Source: an uncultured Spirochaetota bacterium
GTDB lineage: Bacteria; Spirochaetota; Brevinematia; Brevinematales; JAOACQ01
NCBI GenBank assembly: GCA_963768055.1
Contig: CAVYGN010000001.1
Span: forward strand, 1,472,001 to 1,536,000
Length of the DNA: 64,000 nt
Direction: 5' to 3'
Every line of letters begins with the position of its first letter. Within the stretch, counting starts at the first letter, position 1. Of this stretch, positions 20,462 through 30,197 are shown in pieces. Made by a program: the position numbers and the translations under genes. The notes beneath the pieces are model-generated. The model saw nothing but the letters and a program-made list of their open reading frames with translations. It made no database searches and was not told where the DNA came from.

Positions 20462-21110
20462 AAATATCCTCCAGTTGAAGAACATTCTCATATAATTCAT
20501 TCTCGTCATCGGATGGAAGTGACGGGACTGTCTCATAGCCGAATATCTTATCATATTTATCAAAAGTTTTATCTATCCTTATTGTCATGACAAAATTTCT
20601 TTTCCCATAAGGGGGATTTGCGGATAGCGGTTTCGGGGCAAATGAAAAAATACCTTCATCACGGGGCAATATTTCCACCGGGTTTTTCCAGAGTTCAAAC
20701 ATCGGCACAGCAGTATTGTTATCTATCAAAAGCGATACGCTTGCCTCACTAACCGGGAGCATTAACTTTGAAGAAATTATTTTTCCGTATATCTTCGGGA
20801 AAATATAATATAGTTTGTCCCTTTCAAGGCTTTCCGATACAGGGTTCTGGATTGAAGACTTAATAATTATTTTAAGAGCTTCAGAAATTCTGAGCATGAT
20901 ATCGGCGACAAATTGGGGGTCTTTTTGATTTTTTAGTATAATATTGTTAAACCCCTTATTACTTGTTATATACATCGGCTTGAGCCTGTTAAGGACATAG
21001 GCAGCAATCTCCTTTTTCTTGTTTTTATCAAGTTCCCCTTTTTTAGATTCGTCGAGGTTATCGATCAGGTCAAAAACCATATCCTCTACTATATTCTTCA
21101 ACTCAACCAT
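20448..21110 (-). CDS. ComFB (late competence development) family protein with C-terminal extension
   Basis: N-terminal 'LKNIVEDMV...EIAAYVLNRLKPMYITS' resembles the ComFB domain. Confidence 0.7.
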   Translation of the reverse strand: MVELKNIVEDMVFDLIDNLDESKKGELDKNKKKEIAAYVLNRLKPMYITSNKGFNNIILKNQKDPQFVADIMLRISEALKIIIKSSIQNPVSESLERDKLYYIFPKIYGKIISSKLMLPVSEASVSLLIDNNTAVPMFELWKNPVEILPRDEGIFSFAPKPLSANPPYGKRNFVMTIRIDKTFDKYDKIFGYETVPSLPSDDENELYENVLQLEDIYVPF

Positions 21111-21221
21111 ATTCAGTCACCTGCTTTATATTTTAATTCATGAATGCCAAATGTCAAATTTGCTTTTGAACTATTTGTCCTTTAGAATAATCCAACCGTG
21201 AAACTATCTTAAGCAAAGGCC

Positions 21222-21341
21222 GTCATTTCGAGGAGCGAAGCGTTTATCCCCGTGAGGGGGGACGAGGAATCCTCCTCTGGGAAGATTTCTCCCCACCCTT
21301 TATAGGGGATGGGGCGGGATAAACTCTTCGGTCGAAATGAC
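21222..21341. repeat. REP/MITE-like palindromic element (120 bp)
   Basis: 10-bp terminal IR GTCATTTCGA/TCGAAATGAC; internal IR TTTATCCC/GGGATAAA; partial copy near 59340-59391. Confidence 0.75.
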
Positions 21342-21361
21342 AATTTGGGGAGGTTGCATTT

Positions 21362-22222
21362 TTGCCTCAAAAAAAAATAAGTATCGATCCTTCCAGGCAG
21401 ATTGAGATTTCTATTATCTTAAAAAAGAAAAATTTCATGATCCTCGATAATGACTATGCTTTCTGGAGAGCAATATCGAGCGGTATAAGTATTATATTTT
21501 ATAAAAATGGAAGCGTACTTTTTCAAGGGAGCGATAGCTCAATAAATGAAATTCTAACTGCTATCGAGGGATTTTTATCCCCTGCGGATGAAAATACACG
21601 ATTGAAATACCCTGTCCTTGGCCTTGATGAGTCGGGAAAAGGAGATTACTTCGGCCCTCTGGTTCTATCTGCGGCGCTTCTAGGTGCAGTCGAAGAGAAA
21701 GAAGCGATAAGAAAGGGAGTAATGGATTCAAAAAAAATTACCGACCGTTCCATAAGGAAAATCTATTCAGAGATAAAAGGTTCAATTGCTCATAAAGTCA
21801 GGATCATAGAACCGCAGGAATATAATGTGTTGTATAAAAAATTCGGAAACCTGAATCTGCTTATGGCTTCCGAATACGCAGAACTTGTCAGGAAATTTCA
21901 TGGACAATCCTTCAATACCGTCATACTCGATAAATTTTCAAATTCCGAATCCCTTAACAGGGGATTCAGGGAAAACATTAATTGTGAAACAATTATTGTT
22001 GAAAAGGGTGAACGATATACATCGGTAGCCGCAGCCTCTGTTTTCGCCCGTTTTTGTTTTATTAATTGGATTGATGAAAAATCGTCCATGCTCGGATATA
22101 TTCTTCCCAAGGGAAGCGGGAATAACGCATCAAGACTTTTTCAAAATTTGAAATCGGAAATGTCTCCGGAAAATTTTGAAAGCATAGCCAAAATTCATTT
22201 CAAGGTGAAAGATTTGCAGTGA
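21362..22222 (+). CDS. rnhC: Ribonuclease HIII
   Basis: N-terminal TBP-like region (FYKNGSVLFQG); GLDESGKGDYFGPLV, DSKK, AAASVFAR; TTG start after GGAGG. Confidence 0.88.
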   Translation: MPQKKISIDPSRQIEISIILKKKNFMILDNDYAFWRAISSGISIIFYKNGSVLFQGSDSSINEILTAIEGFLSPADENTRLKYPVLGLDESGKGDYFGPLVLSAALLGAVEEKEAIRKGVMDSKKITDRSIRKIYSEIKGSIAHKVRIIEPQEYNVLYKKFGNLNLLMASEYAELVRKFHGQSFNTVILDKFSNSESLNRGFRENINCETIIVEKGERYTSVAAASVFARFCFINWIDEKSSMLGYILPKGSGNNASRLFQNLKSEMSPENFESIAKIHFKVKDLQ

Positions 22223-22287
22223 AACCGCAGTTTGCTGGTGGGCCCATTATTAAGGGCGGAAGGTATTAGGAACACCCTTACATAAAA

Positions 22288-22316
22288 TTGACTTAATTCA
22301 TCTGAAAATCTATAAT
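22288..22316 (+). promoter_or_regulatory. Sigma70-type promoter
   Basis: TTGACT-N17-TATAAT, upstream of a GGAGG RBS. Confidence 0.7.
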
Positions 22317-22342
22317 TTTAGTACTATCTTATATTTGGAGGT

Positions 22343-22771
22343 ATGGCGATGTTGGGGGTAGTTTTATTTACTTTCGCACTGTTATTTTATGGCGTTATTT
22401 TATCGGGGGAAGCTGCTGTAAAGGCTTTTCCGGGCAGTAAAGGTTTTTTTGAAAAAATCGATGATTTTATTGAAAAAGGGGCGACAAAAATATTTTTAGC
22501 GCTTATTTGCCTGATAGTCGGTATCTGGAATCTATTCGCACCTAATTTCATCGCTACTAACGCGCCCGTTCTGGGGGCCTTTATTCCATCGCTGGTCCTC
22601 TGCGCCGACAGCGCTGTTATCTACCCCGGTATGGTTGAAATCCTGAATATTCCGGACAATACAAAGGCGAAATATTACGAATTCGTGGAAAAATATAAAG
22701 GCATGGCAGGAATTGTTACATTATTTTTCGGGCTTCTTCACCCGATCTTATTCAGGCAGATACTTTTCTGA
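22343..22771 (+). CDS. Hypothetical membrane protein (about 4 TM helices)
   Basis: Strong promoter and RBS; hydrophobic segments. Confidence 0.7.
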   Translation: MAMLGVVLFTFALLFYGVILSGEAAVKAFPGSKGFFEKIDDFIEKGATKIFLALICLIVGIWNLFAPNFIATNAPVLGAFIPSLVLCADSAVIYPGMVEILNIPDNTKAKYYEFVEKYKGMAGIVTLFFGLLHPILFRQILF

Positions 22772-22782
22772 TCCCGCTTTAT

Positions 22783-22853
22783 GCGGCCATCGTACAGTGG
22801 CAGTACCTTAGCCTTCCAAGCTAATGGCGCGGGTTCGATTCCCGCTGGCCGCT
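22783..22853 (+). tRNA. tRNA-Gly (anticodon TCC), CCA not encoded
   Basis: Acceptor GCGGCCA/TGGCCGC; D-arm GTAC-AGTGGCA-GTAC; anticodon arm TTAGC-CTTCCAA-GCTAA; T-arm GCGGG-TTCGATT-CCCGC. Confidence 0.96.
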
Positions 22854-22877
22854 ATAATAATAAATGGAAATTACTTA

Positions 22878-24527
22878 ATGTCGCCCCTATCCTCGGTTTT
22901 AAAAAAATTCGGTTTCTTATTTATAATCATATTGTCCCTCTTTTTGTTCCTTTTAATTTTTCCAATAGGGTCAAGCCGGTATTTTTTAATCAATCTTGAA
23001 GAAGAAAAGCTGAGATTATCATATGAGTCTTTAAGCGCTCCCATCGGCGAATTTCTTTTAAATAATAAAAGCAATGATATTATAAAAACGATCAGAGTTT
23101 ATTCCGAGAAAAAAGGCGACGGGTTAACAGTCAATAATACCGGCGGTAATCTTTCCTTTCATTCTGATAAACATCCCTTGTTTTCCAATGTTTCAATATC
23201 AGTACCCCTGATAAAGAATGAAAAACTTATAGGCACTATCATCATCGATCACTTTTCACCGGCTGTAGAATCGGATTATAATGAAATCATAATGGAAACA
23301 TTACTTATATTTACGGTTTTGCTCTTCCTTTTATCGGCCGGAGTGTTCCGATTATCAGGTTCCTTCGCGCATTTTAAAAATGAAATGATCGGAGCAATGA
23401 AAACCTTCGCGGACGGTAACAATACCATCAGGATATTCCCCCGTTCAAAGGGTTATATCAAGGATTTTACCGACAGCTTCAATAATCTGGCCGATACGTT
23501 ATCGTCAAATATTTCCGGTCTTATTAAAGAAAAGGAGGAACTTCAGACTATAGTTTCTTCAATCTCTTCGGGCATTGCCGTTCTTGATAAAAAGGGTAAA
23601 ATTATCCTCGCGAACGAGGTTTTCATGGAAATGTTCAATAATACAGGGTCCGCCGGCCGTTTTTATTGGGAAGTCATTATAAATGCGAAATTCAGCGACC
23701 TTATCTCAAAGATAGGGGACGAAAATACCTCGCTGTCGGGAGAAATCACATATATCAACAGGACTTACAGGGTTCATCTTTCTTTCGTACCCAGGACATC
23801 CGAAACAATCATAATTTTCTATGATTTAACGGACATAAAAAACCTTGAAAAAATAAAAAAGGATTTCGTGGATAATGTTTCCCATGAACTTAAAACCCCT
23901 CTTACATCAATTAAGGGTTTCACGGAATCCCTCCTTGAAGAGGAAAAAGATACAGATAAAAAACACATACTGGAAATTATTTTGAGGAATACCGTCAGGC
24001 TGGACAATATTGTAAGAGATCTGCTCAGCCTCTCCGAACTTGAAGAAACTTCGATCGCTATAAATAATGAAAAAGTAAACCTCCCCGGGATTTTTAAGAA
24101 CATCAAAGACATTTTTTCAATCCCGTTAAAAATGAAAAACCTGGCTCTCGATATAATAATCGATGAAGCTCTTCCTGAAATAGATGGAGATCCTTTTAAA
24201 ATCGAACAGCTGTTCGTGAATTTGATCGATAACGCCATAAAGTATACGGATACCGGCAGGGTGTCTGTCAGGGCTTATCCCGTTGACGATTCTGTGATAG
24301 CGGAAATCGCAGATACCGGACCCGGCATACCCGAAGAACATATTCCACGCCTTTTCGAACGGTTTTATGTCGTAAACAAGGCGCGTTCAAAAAGTCTCGG
24401 GGGTACGGGACTGGGGTTGTCTATTGTAAAACATATTCTTCTCCTTCACCGGGGAAAGATCAGTGTGGAGAGCCGTCCGGGCAGGGGGACAAAATTTATT
24501 ATAACGCTGCCTTTAAGGGCGTCTTAG
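22878..24527 (+). CDS. PhoR/WalK-like sensor histidine kinase (2 TM, HAMP, PAS, HisKA, HATPase)
   Basis: DFVDNVSHELKTPLTSIKG, NLIDNAIKY, DTGPGIP, FERFY, GGTGLGL; start moved downstream of the tRNA. Confidence 0.88.
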   Translation: MSPLSSVLKKFGFLFIIILSLFLFLLIFPIGSSRYFLINLEEEKLRLSYESLSAPIGEFLLNNKSNDIIKTIRVYSEKKGDGLTVNNTGGNLSFHSDKHPLFSNVSISVPLIKNEKLIGTIIIDHFSPAVESDYNEIIMETLLIFTVLLFLLSAGVFRLSGSFAHFKNEMIGAMKTFADGNNTIRIFPRSKGYIKDFTDSFNNLADTLSSNISGLIKEKEELQTIVSSISSGIAVLDKKGKIILANEVFMEMFNNTGSAGRFYWEVIINAKFSDLISKIGDENTSLSGEITYINRTYRVHLSFVPRTSETIIIFYDLTDIKNLEKIKKDFVDNVSHELKTPLTSIKGFTESLLEEEKDTDKKHILEIILRNTVRLDNIVRDLLSLSELEETSIAINNEKVNLPGIFKNIKDIFSIPLKMKNLALDIIIDEALPEIDGDPFKIEQLFVNLIDNAIKYTDTGRVSVRAYPVDDSVIAEIADTGPGIPEEHIPRLFERFYVVNKARSKSLGGTGLGLSIVKHILLLHRGKISVESRPGRGTKFIITLPLRAS

Positions 24528-26966
24528 CTTTTCTTCAAATCTTTGTGTGACAATATTGAACTTTTCCGCTATTCTAATAACAAGTTTTATCACTTCCTCA
24601 GGAAGAGACTCTTGCCGCCGGTTTTCTGCGAGCAGATACAATTCGGAATAAATCAGGTTCTGGATCTCATATTTCTCAAAATCTATACCCGCGAAATTCG
24701 TAAAATCAATTACCTTTTCAATATTTTTAAGTTCCCTTACGTTAAGCTTTTTAAATGCGTTATTCATCCTTTTATAAATATAATCCCGGATTATTGGAAG
24801 AATGCTATCGTAATCAATTTTCAAAACCGAAGTTTTCAAAATCCTTATGATATTTGAAAGATAACCAAAATCATATTGTTCTATTTCTGTTTTACCTATT
24901 TTCTCAAGCTCGCCAAGGATGATATCATTAAAAAACTCTTCCAGAGCCAGAAGATCATTTTCATTTATCGATATGTCCAGCCTCCCGTAAGTTTTAACGA
25001 CTTTAAGATAATCGCCGACCCTTCCGTAAGCCTTTTGTTTCATATTATGAAGGTTCTTCATCAATTCACCGAAAATGTTTTCAAGAAGACATACTTTTGA
25101 GTCGTATGTGAGATCATTTTCGGTATATGGGGCGCCGAACCATTTTATAAATGATTTATTGATTTCATCGATGGGCAGCGAGACAATCATCCTGTCGAAA
25201 GAACCTATTATCGAATCGCCCGATTCCTTTATGAAAAATTTGAATTCTTCCCCGTTTCTGAATAGATATGATGCATATTTTATTTCACGGTCAATAAATC
25301 TGTTCCTGATTGTAAAGACAGCTTTAAAAATTTGCGTACCCGATTTTATTCCAAGTTTTTTAAAACTGATAAAACGGATATTATAAAAATAAATATCGAA
25401 TTTATCGCCGGCCTCGGCCTTTTTCCCGGCTGATGATAATTTCAAAATCAATTCTACCGCCATTTTTTTTTCATTAAAAGAACCCTCTTTAACTAAATGC
25501 TCAAAAATCCATTGACCGTTTTGTAATTCTGAAAGATTCGATACCGCCCTGGAAAGAATAGATAAAAATTTTTTGTAAAAGCCGGGCGGAAGTATGTCCC
25601 CTGAAAGTTCGAAAGATTTCCATGCATATTTAAGGTTTTGTATAGTTTCTATACCTGAAATATCGGAGAAAAACCAGCCGCAGCTCGTATACATTAATAA
25701 AGCGTAATGAAGCGATTCCAGTATGGAAAGAATATGTACGTTTTCCCTGCTTTTGGGCCTGATACCCGCCATGCCTTTTAACAAAACAGCCTGAGACTTT
25801 TCCCTGTCGCCAATAGAATCCGAATATATTACAGTAAAATACTCTTTCATGAGTTCCCGGAAGTTTTCAGTCAAGGCGGACAACTCCTTTTCCGCTGCAG
25901 TGTATAAAGTTTCCCTTAAATAATTAAGGGCTTCGCGCAGAGGGGTTCTCCATTTCTGGTCCCATCCCTCCCGGCCCCCTGTACTGCATCCGCAATCACT
26001 CTCCCATCTTCCGACCCCATGCGGACAGCTCCAGGAAGTTCCCTTTCCTTCGCCTTCAATTAACCTTACATGATCTACCGGCGGATACAATTCCACATAG
26101 CGTGCGTAATTAGTCAAAGTAAAATCATGCCTCGTATTGTTCTCGAAGATCAGCCTCGCCAGACACATATCGGCAAAAGGTTCATGATGCCCGTAAGATT
26201 CTCCGTCAGTCGCGGTATGGATCAGAAAATTTTTTTTATCCGTCTTATTGTGAGCCATGATTTCGTTCCTGAAATACTCGACATTCCTGAGTATATGTTC
26301 GAAGCTTATTTTACTGGCAATATCGGTGCTGGTAAAAAATACTGCGATTTCCCCGTTACGTTCGCTTAGAATATACGGTTTTGAAGGATCTGCCGGTCCT
26401 CCGCCGTTTTTGAGAAGACCCTGGCCGGGGGTCAGTATAACGAATTTCATGCCGAATGATATCAGATGTTCGGCAGTCCTGTCATTAATAGCAGTTTCAG
26501 AGAGCCATATTCCTTCGGGGTCCCTGCCAAAATCTTTTTGAAATGAACGTATGCCCCAGTCGATCTCAAGGTCCATTTCATAATCCCCTGCAAGCGGCAT
26601 AATTATATGGTTATAAACCTGGGCTATCGCGTTGCCATGCCCTCCGTTCCTTGCCTCGCTTTTCCTGTCGGCTTCGACAATTCTTTGGAAAGTCAGTCCG
26701 TCTTCCCTTTTGATCCACTTGAGAAGGGTCGGCCCGAAATTAAAGCTTATATACTCGTAATTATTGATTATATCTTCTATTCTTCCGGATCTGTCGAGGA
26801 TGCGTGAAGCCGCGTTGGCTGCGTAACATTCCTTGTTTATTCTTTCATTCCAGTCATGGTACGGATAAGCAGAAGGCTGCCTGTCTATTTCATCAGTTCC
26901 GGGTTCTTCCCTCGGAGGCTGATAAAAATGCCCATGGATGATCACAAATAAATTGTTACCGCTCAT
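24513..26966 (-). CDS. Glycoside hydrolase family 57 / DUF3536 protein
   Basis: HGHFYQPPRE, SFNFGPTLL, YNHIIMPL, GIWLSETA, DGESYGHH, SWSCPHGVGRW, SCGWFF. Confidence 0.88.
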   Translation of the reverse strand: MSGNNLFVIIHGHFYQPPREEPGTDEIDRQPSAYPYHDWNERINKECYAANAASRILDRSGRIEDIINNYEYISFNFGPTLLKWIKREDGLTFQRIVEADRKSEARNGGHGNAIAQVYNHIIMPLAGDYEMDLEIDWGIRSFQKDFGRDPEGIWLSETAINDRTAEHLISFGMKFVILTPGQGLLKNGGGPADPSKPYILSERNGEIAVFFTSTDIASKISFEHILRNVEYFRNEIMAHNKTDKKNFLIHTATDGESYGHHEPFADMCLARLIFENNTRHDFTLTNYARYVELYPPVDHVRLIEGEGKGTSWSCPHGVGRWESDCGCSTGGREGWDQKWRTPLREALNYLRETLYTAAEKELSALTENFRELMKEYFTVIYSDSIGDREKSQAVLLKGMAGIRPKSRENVHILSILESLHYALLMYTSCGWFFSDISGIETIQNLKYAWKSFELSGDILPPGFYKKFLSILSRAVSNLSELQNGQWIFEHLVKEGSFNEKKMAVELILKLSSAGKKAEAGDKFDIYFYNIRFISFKKLGIKSGTQIFKAVFTIRNRFIDREIKYASYLFRNGEEFKFFIKESGDSIIGSFDRMIVSLPIDEINKSFIKWFGAPYTENDLTYDSKVCLLENIFGELMKNLHNMKQKAYGRVGDYLKVVKTYGRLDISINENDLLALEEFFNDIILGELEKIGKTEIEQYDFGYLSNIIRILKTSVLKIDYDSILPIIRDYIYKRMNNAFKKLNVRELKNIEKVIDFTNFAGIDFEKYEIQNLIYSELYLLAENRRQESLPEEVIKLVIRIAEKFNIVTQRFEEKLRRP

Positions 26967-27050
26967 CGCCCGATTTCCTTATTTAAGACTTTTATAATTA
27001 TAAAAAATATAAAAGGAAACGACAAATTAAAAAGAACGAATCTTGCCGGC

Positions 27051-27126
27051 AGTCGAAAGTCAACAGTATAATTAACAATGATTGGTGATAGCATTACTGT
27101 GGACTGTTGACTATAGACTATCGACT
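27051..27126. repeat. Inverted arrays of 7-bp tandem repeats (AGTCNNN)n...(NNNGACT)n, copy 2
   Basis: AGTCGAA-AGTCAAC-AGT ... GTGGACT-GTTGACT-ATAGACT-ATCGACT. Confidence 0.8.
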
Positions 27127-27275
27127 TACGTGCATTCTTTCGAGAATTTTGCGAAAATTAAATTACCTTGATACAATATCATTGTTAAACCCTTATCTTC
27201 CTTTGTGCCTGGTTTTATATATAGTCGTGTTTTGTCGATCTTACATGAGGGTAAATAAGAGCGGGAGGAACTTAA

Positions 27276-29231
27276 GTGAAAGGCTTAAAAATAGGTACAA
27301 AACTCACTCTAACCAATCTTTTGACCCTGGTTCTTTTCTATGTTATCTCAGTGGCTTCAATCTGGTTCCTATTATCGATTAATAACGAATTAAAGTTAAA
27401 AAGTTTCAGGGAAACGATTATCAATGAAAGGAAGCATAATATCGAATCCATAGTAAATGTCGCTTACAGCATTGTGGAAAATAATAATAATTTATATATT
27501 TCAGAGAAGGGGAAAACAAGGGAAAAACTTAGCGATTATAAAGCCGAGGCTACAAACGAACTAAGCATAATGAGATACGATGAAGGTACCGGTTATATAT
27601 TCATAAACGATACGGCCAGGCCCTATCCTTACATGATAATGCACCCCACCCTGCCCGAATTGAACGGGACGATACTCAGCGATCCCAAATTCAACACCGT
27701 GGGACCCGAAAAGAAAAATCTTTTCGTTGCTTTTAACGATATTTGCCAATCGACAGGAGAGGGGTACGTCGAGTACCTCTGGCCCAAACCCAAAGGCAAT
27801 CAGCTCACCGAGTATCAGCCTAAATTGACGTATGTCAAACTCTTTAAACCATGGAATTGGATTATAGGGTCAGGCATTTACATCGATGATATAGACAATA
27901 TTGTTAAAAATGAGAGATCTAAACTTACAGCCGAAACCCTGGATTTTTTCAAATCGCTCAGCCTGACGCTGGCCTTGGTCACTGTCATCATGCTGGTTTT
28001 CGTTTACTTCTATTCTATTCGGATGGTATATCCCTTAAAGCTGATGATAAACTCTATAAAAGAGATTTCTAGCGGATCGGGGAACCTTAGAAAAAAGATT
28101 GCGTACACGCGTAAAGATGAAATAGGCGAGCTTGCCGAAAATTTCAATAAACTTCTGGAAACTCTTGATAGCGATCTCGCGGGAGTGGGGAAAATAGCCC
28201 TTGACGTCAATGCTTCTTCGGAAAATTCCCAGAAACTTGTGGATGTTTTCATTAAACCCAACCTCAATATGATCCAGGATACGACCGGCAAACTTAATGT
28301 GGAAGCTGAAAACGCCACGTCGGGGATCGAAGAACTGACCGCAACGCTGGAAGAGGTCATAAGGAATATTGAAAGTATCATGAACGACATGGTTAAACAG
28401 GCGGCAGCTGTGGAAGAGGGATCGAGCTCTATCGAGGAAATGGCGAGAAACATAGAGAACACCGCCGAAATGTCGAATAAGACGAAGAGTATTTCAACTA
28501 ACCTCAACAGTGTTTCGATAGAAGGAAGTTCTGCTGTTAAAGCCTCGATTCAGTCTATCCGGGAAGTCGCCGAATATTCTCAGCAGATTTTGAAGCTCCT
28601 GGGCCTGATATCCAATATTACCAAGCAGACAAACCTTCTTGCGATGAACGCCGCCATAGAAGCGGCGCATGCGGGGGAAGCCGGGAAGGGATTCGCGATC
28701 GTAGCCGATGAAATAAGAAGACTCTCTGAAGATACGAATAAGAATGCAAGAGATATCGGCGATGTAGTCGCCACCATTGTAGGGCGGATTGACGATTCAG
28801 TAAGGCTCGCTGAAAAGGCAGGTGTAGGCCTCGATATGATAACCGCTTATTCACAGCAGAACGTCCAGATCATCAGCCAGCTTAACGTCGCTGTAGCGGA
28901 GCAGAATAACGGGGCCAAGGAAATACTTAAATCCACCCAGGAACTTGTGAAAATAACCGAAGAGGTTAAGTTATCCATGGTTGAGCAAAAAGATGCGACG
29001 TACGACTTCTCTGCGGCCTTAAAAGATCTCAGAAACCTGTCCCTTGAAAACAAAGAGAGTACGAAAAAACATGTCGCCTCGCTCGACACTCTCCTCAAGA
29101 CTATCGATCAGATCAACGAAAACATAAGGGACAATACCGCTAAAGCCCTCGCTCTAAAACAATACGCCGGAAAATATATCAATTCCGAAAAGGCGAACGA
29201 TGAAAAAACAGGCCTCAAGCTGGTCGAATAG
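27276..29231 (+). CDS. Methyl-accepting chemotaxis protein with single Cache_2-type sensor domain
   Basis: 2 TM; GYIFI...MHP...[10 protein letters not shown]...KLTYVK...[12 protein letters not shown] (DEIGELA); [36 protein letters not shown] start after GGAGG. Confidence 0.93.
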   Translation: MKGLKIGTKLTLTNLLTLVLFYVISVASIWFLLSINNELKLKSFRETIINERKHNIESIVNVAYSIVENNNNLYISEKGKTREKLSDYKAEATNELSIMRYDEGTGYIFINDTARPYPYMIMHPTLPELNGTILSDPKFNTVGPEKKNLFVAFNDICQSTGEGYVEYLWPKPKGNQLTEYQPKLTYVKLFKPWNWIIGSGIYIDDIDNIVKNERSKLTAETLDFFKSLSLTLALVTVIMLVFVYFYSIRMVYPLKLMINSIKEISSGSGNLRKKIAYTRKDEIGELAENFNKLLETLDSDLAGVGKIALDVNASSENSQKLVDVFIKPNLNMIQDTTGKLNVEAENATSGIEELTATLEEVIRNIESIMNDMVKQAAAVEEGSSSIEEMARNIENTAEMSNKTKSISTNLNSVSIEGSSAVKASIQSIREVAEYSQQILKLLGLISNITKQTNLLAMNAAIEAAHAGEAGKGFAIVADEIRRLSEDTNKNARDIGDVVATIVGRIDDSVRLAEKAGVGLDMITAYSQQNVQIISQLNVAVAEQNNGAKEILKSTQELVKITEEVKLSMVEQKDATYDFSAALKDLRNLSLENKESTKKHVASLDTLLKTIDQINENIRDNTAKALALKQYAGKYINSEKANDEKTGLKLVE

Positions 29232-29251
29232 GCTCTGGAATAGGACTTGTC

Positions 29252-30178
29252 CTAGAATAGGATTTTAAAGCCGGAGTCAAGCGCTTCGAAGAGTTCGGGG
29301 TCGAATTTATTTCTGTCCTGTCTGAGCTTCATATAGTGTTCCCTGTTTTCACGCTCCTTAAGGCTCCATTCGCCGGCTATGAGCAGGGCAGCATAATTGG
29401 ATAGCGAAAGAAGCCGCGCAAGAAAAGGCAAATCCATTGCTGCAAGCCCTCTTGGAAATCCGCTGCCGTCCGCGAATTCTTCATGATTAAGAATTGCCTG
29501 TAAAACCTCTTCGGGAAGGTCATGCCTTCCGATCTCGGATTTTATTAAATTATACGCCTCGGTAGGATGCTGATAGAAATTTTCACGGTTGACCTGCAAT
29601 TCAATCCGTTTTTTCTCATGTATTTTTGCATCGTATTTAAAGAACCCGACATTATGCAGCAATGACGAGCTTATTATATTTTCAACCACATTGCCGTCGA
29701 TCATGCCGGAATGGGCGGTAAGGGTATAATTATAGTATGTCAGAAGGGCTATGTAACATGTGTAAAGAGAATTTTCGAACAGCTTTGTCGAGAAAGCTTT
29801 CATCTGCGAAAGCTTCCAGACAATATAATCGGATTCCCTTATTGTCGAATCAAGATATTTAACGATAAAGTCCAGCCTTTCATGAGTGATCTTTTTCCCG
29901 AAATAACTTTTTTTAAAAAAAGTTATTATATAATCCGACCATTTTATCCTCTTATTCTCTTCGATATAATGAGGAATAGCTGTTCTGACAAAAATAGTTT
30001 TGTAAGGTTCTTCCTTGTACATTTCTTTCAGTTTTAAAACATCCTTTTCAGAAAGGATCTTCTGCGTCCCCAGGAGGAGCTTCATTCCGGAATCGAGAAC
30101 AGGTTCGATCAGGCAGTAGTTTTTTCCTTTTTTAACTTCCGCTTCAAGAGCGCTTAAGAATAGTGAGAATTGTTCCAT
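29252..30178 (-). CDS. Degenerate HD-GYP-like domain protein
   Basis: LLHNVG in place of HDIG; HPTEAY; NHEEFADGSGFPRGL; final FDP. Confidence 0.7.
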   Translation of the reverse strand: MEQFSLFLSALEAEVKKGKNYCLIEPVLDSGMKLLLGTQKILSEKDVLKLKEMYKEEPYKTIFVRTAIPHYIEENKRIKWSDYIITFFKKSYFGKKITHERLDFIVKYLDSTIRESDYIVWKLSQMKAFSTKLFENSLYTCYIALLTYYNYTLTAHSGMIDGNVVENIISSSLLHNVGFFKYDAKIHEKKRIELQVNRENFYQHPTEAYNLIKSEIGRHDLPEEVLQAILNHEEFADGSGFPRGLAAMDLPFLARLLSLSNYAALLIAGEWSLKERENREHYMKLRQDRNKFDPELFEALDSGFKILF

Positions 30179-30197
30179 TAATTATGCCCCATTTCAG

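Noticed and set aside
22781..22999. 72-aa ORF and the extended kinase start at 22824
   Set aside because: Both overlap a clear tRNA-Gly cloverleaf.
22854..30000. Prophage or genomic island at tRNA-Gly
   Set aside because: No integrase, phage genes or duplicated tRNA 3' end were seen.
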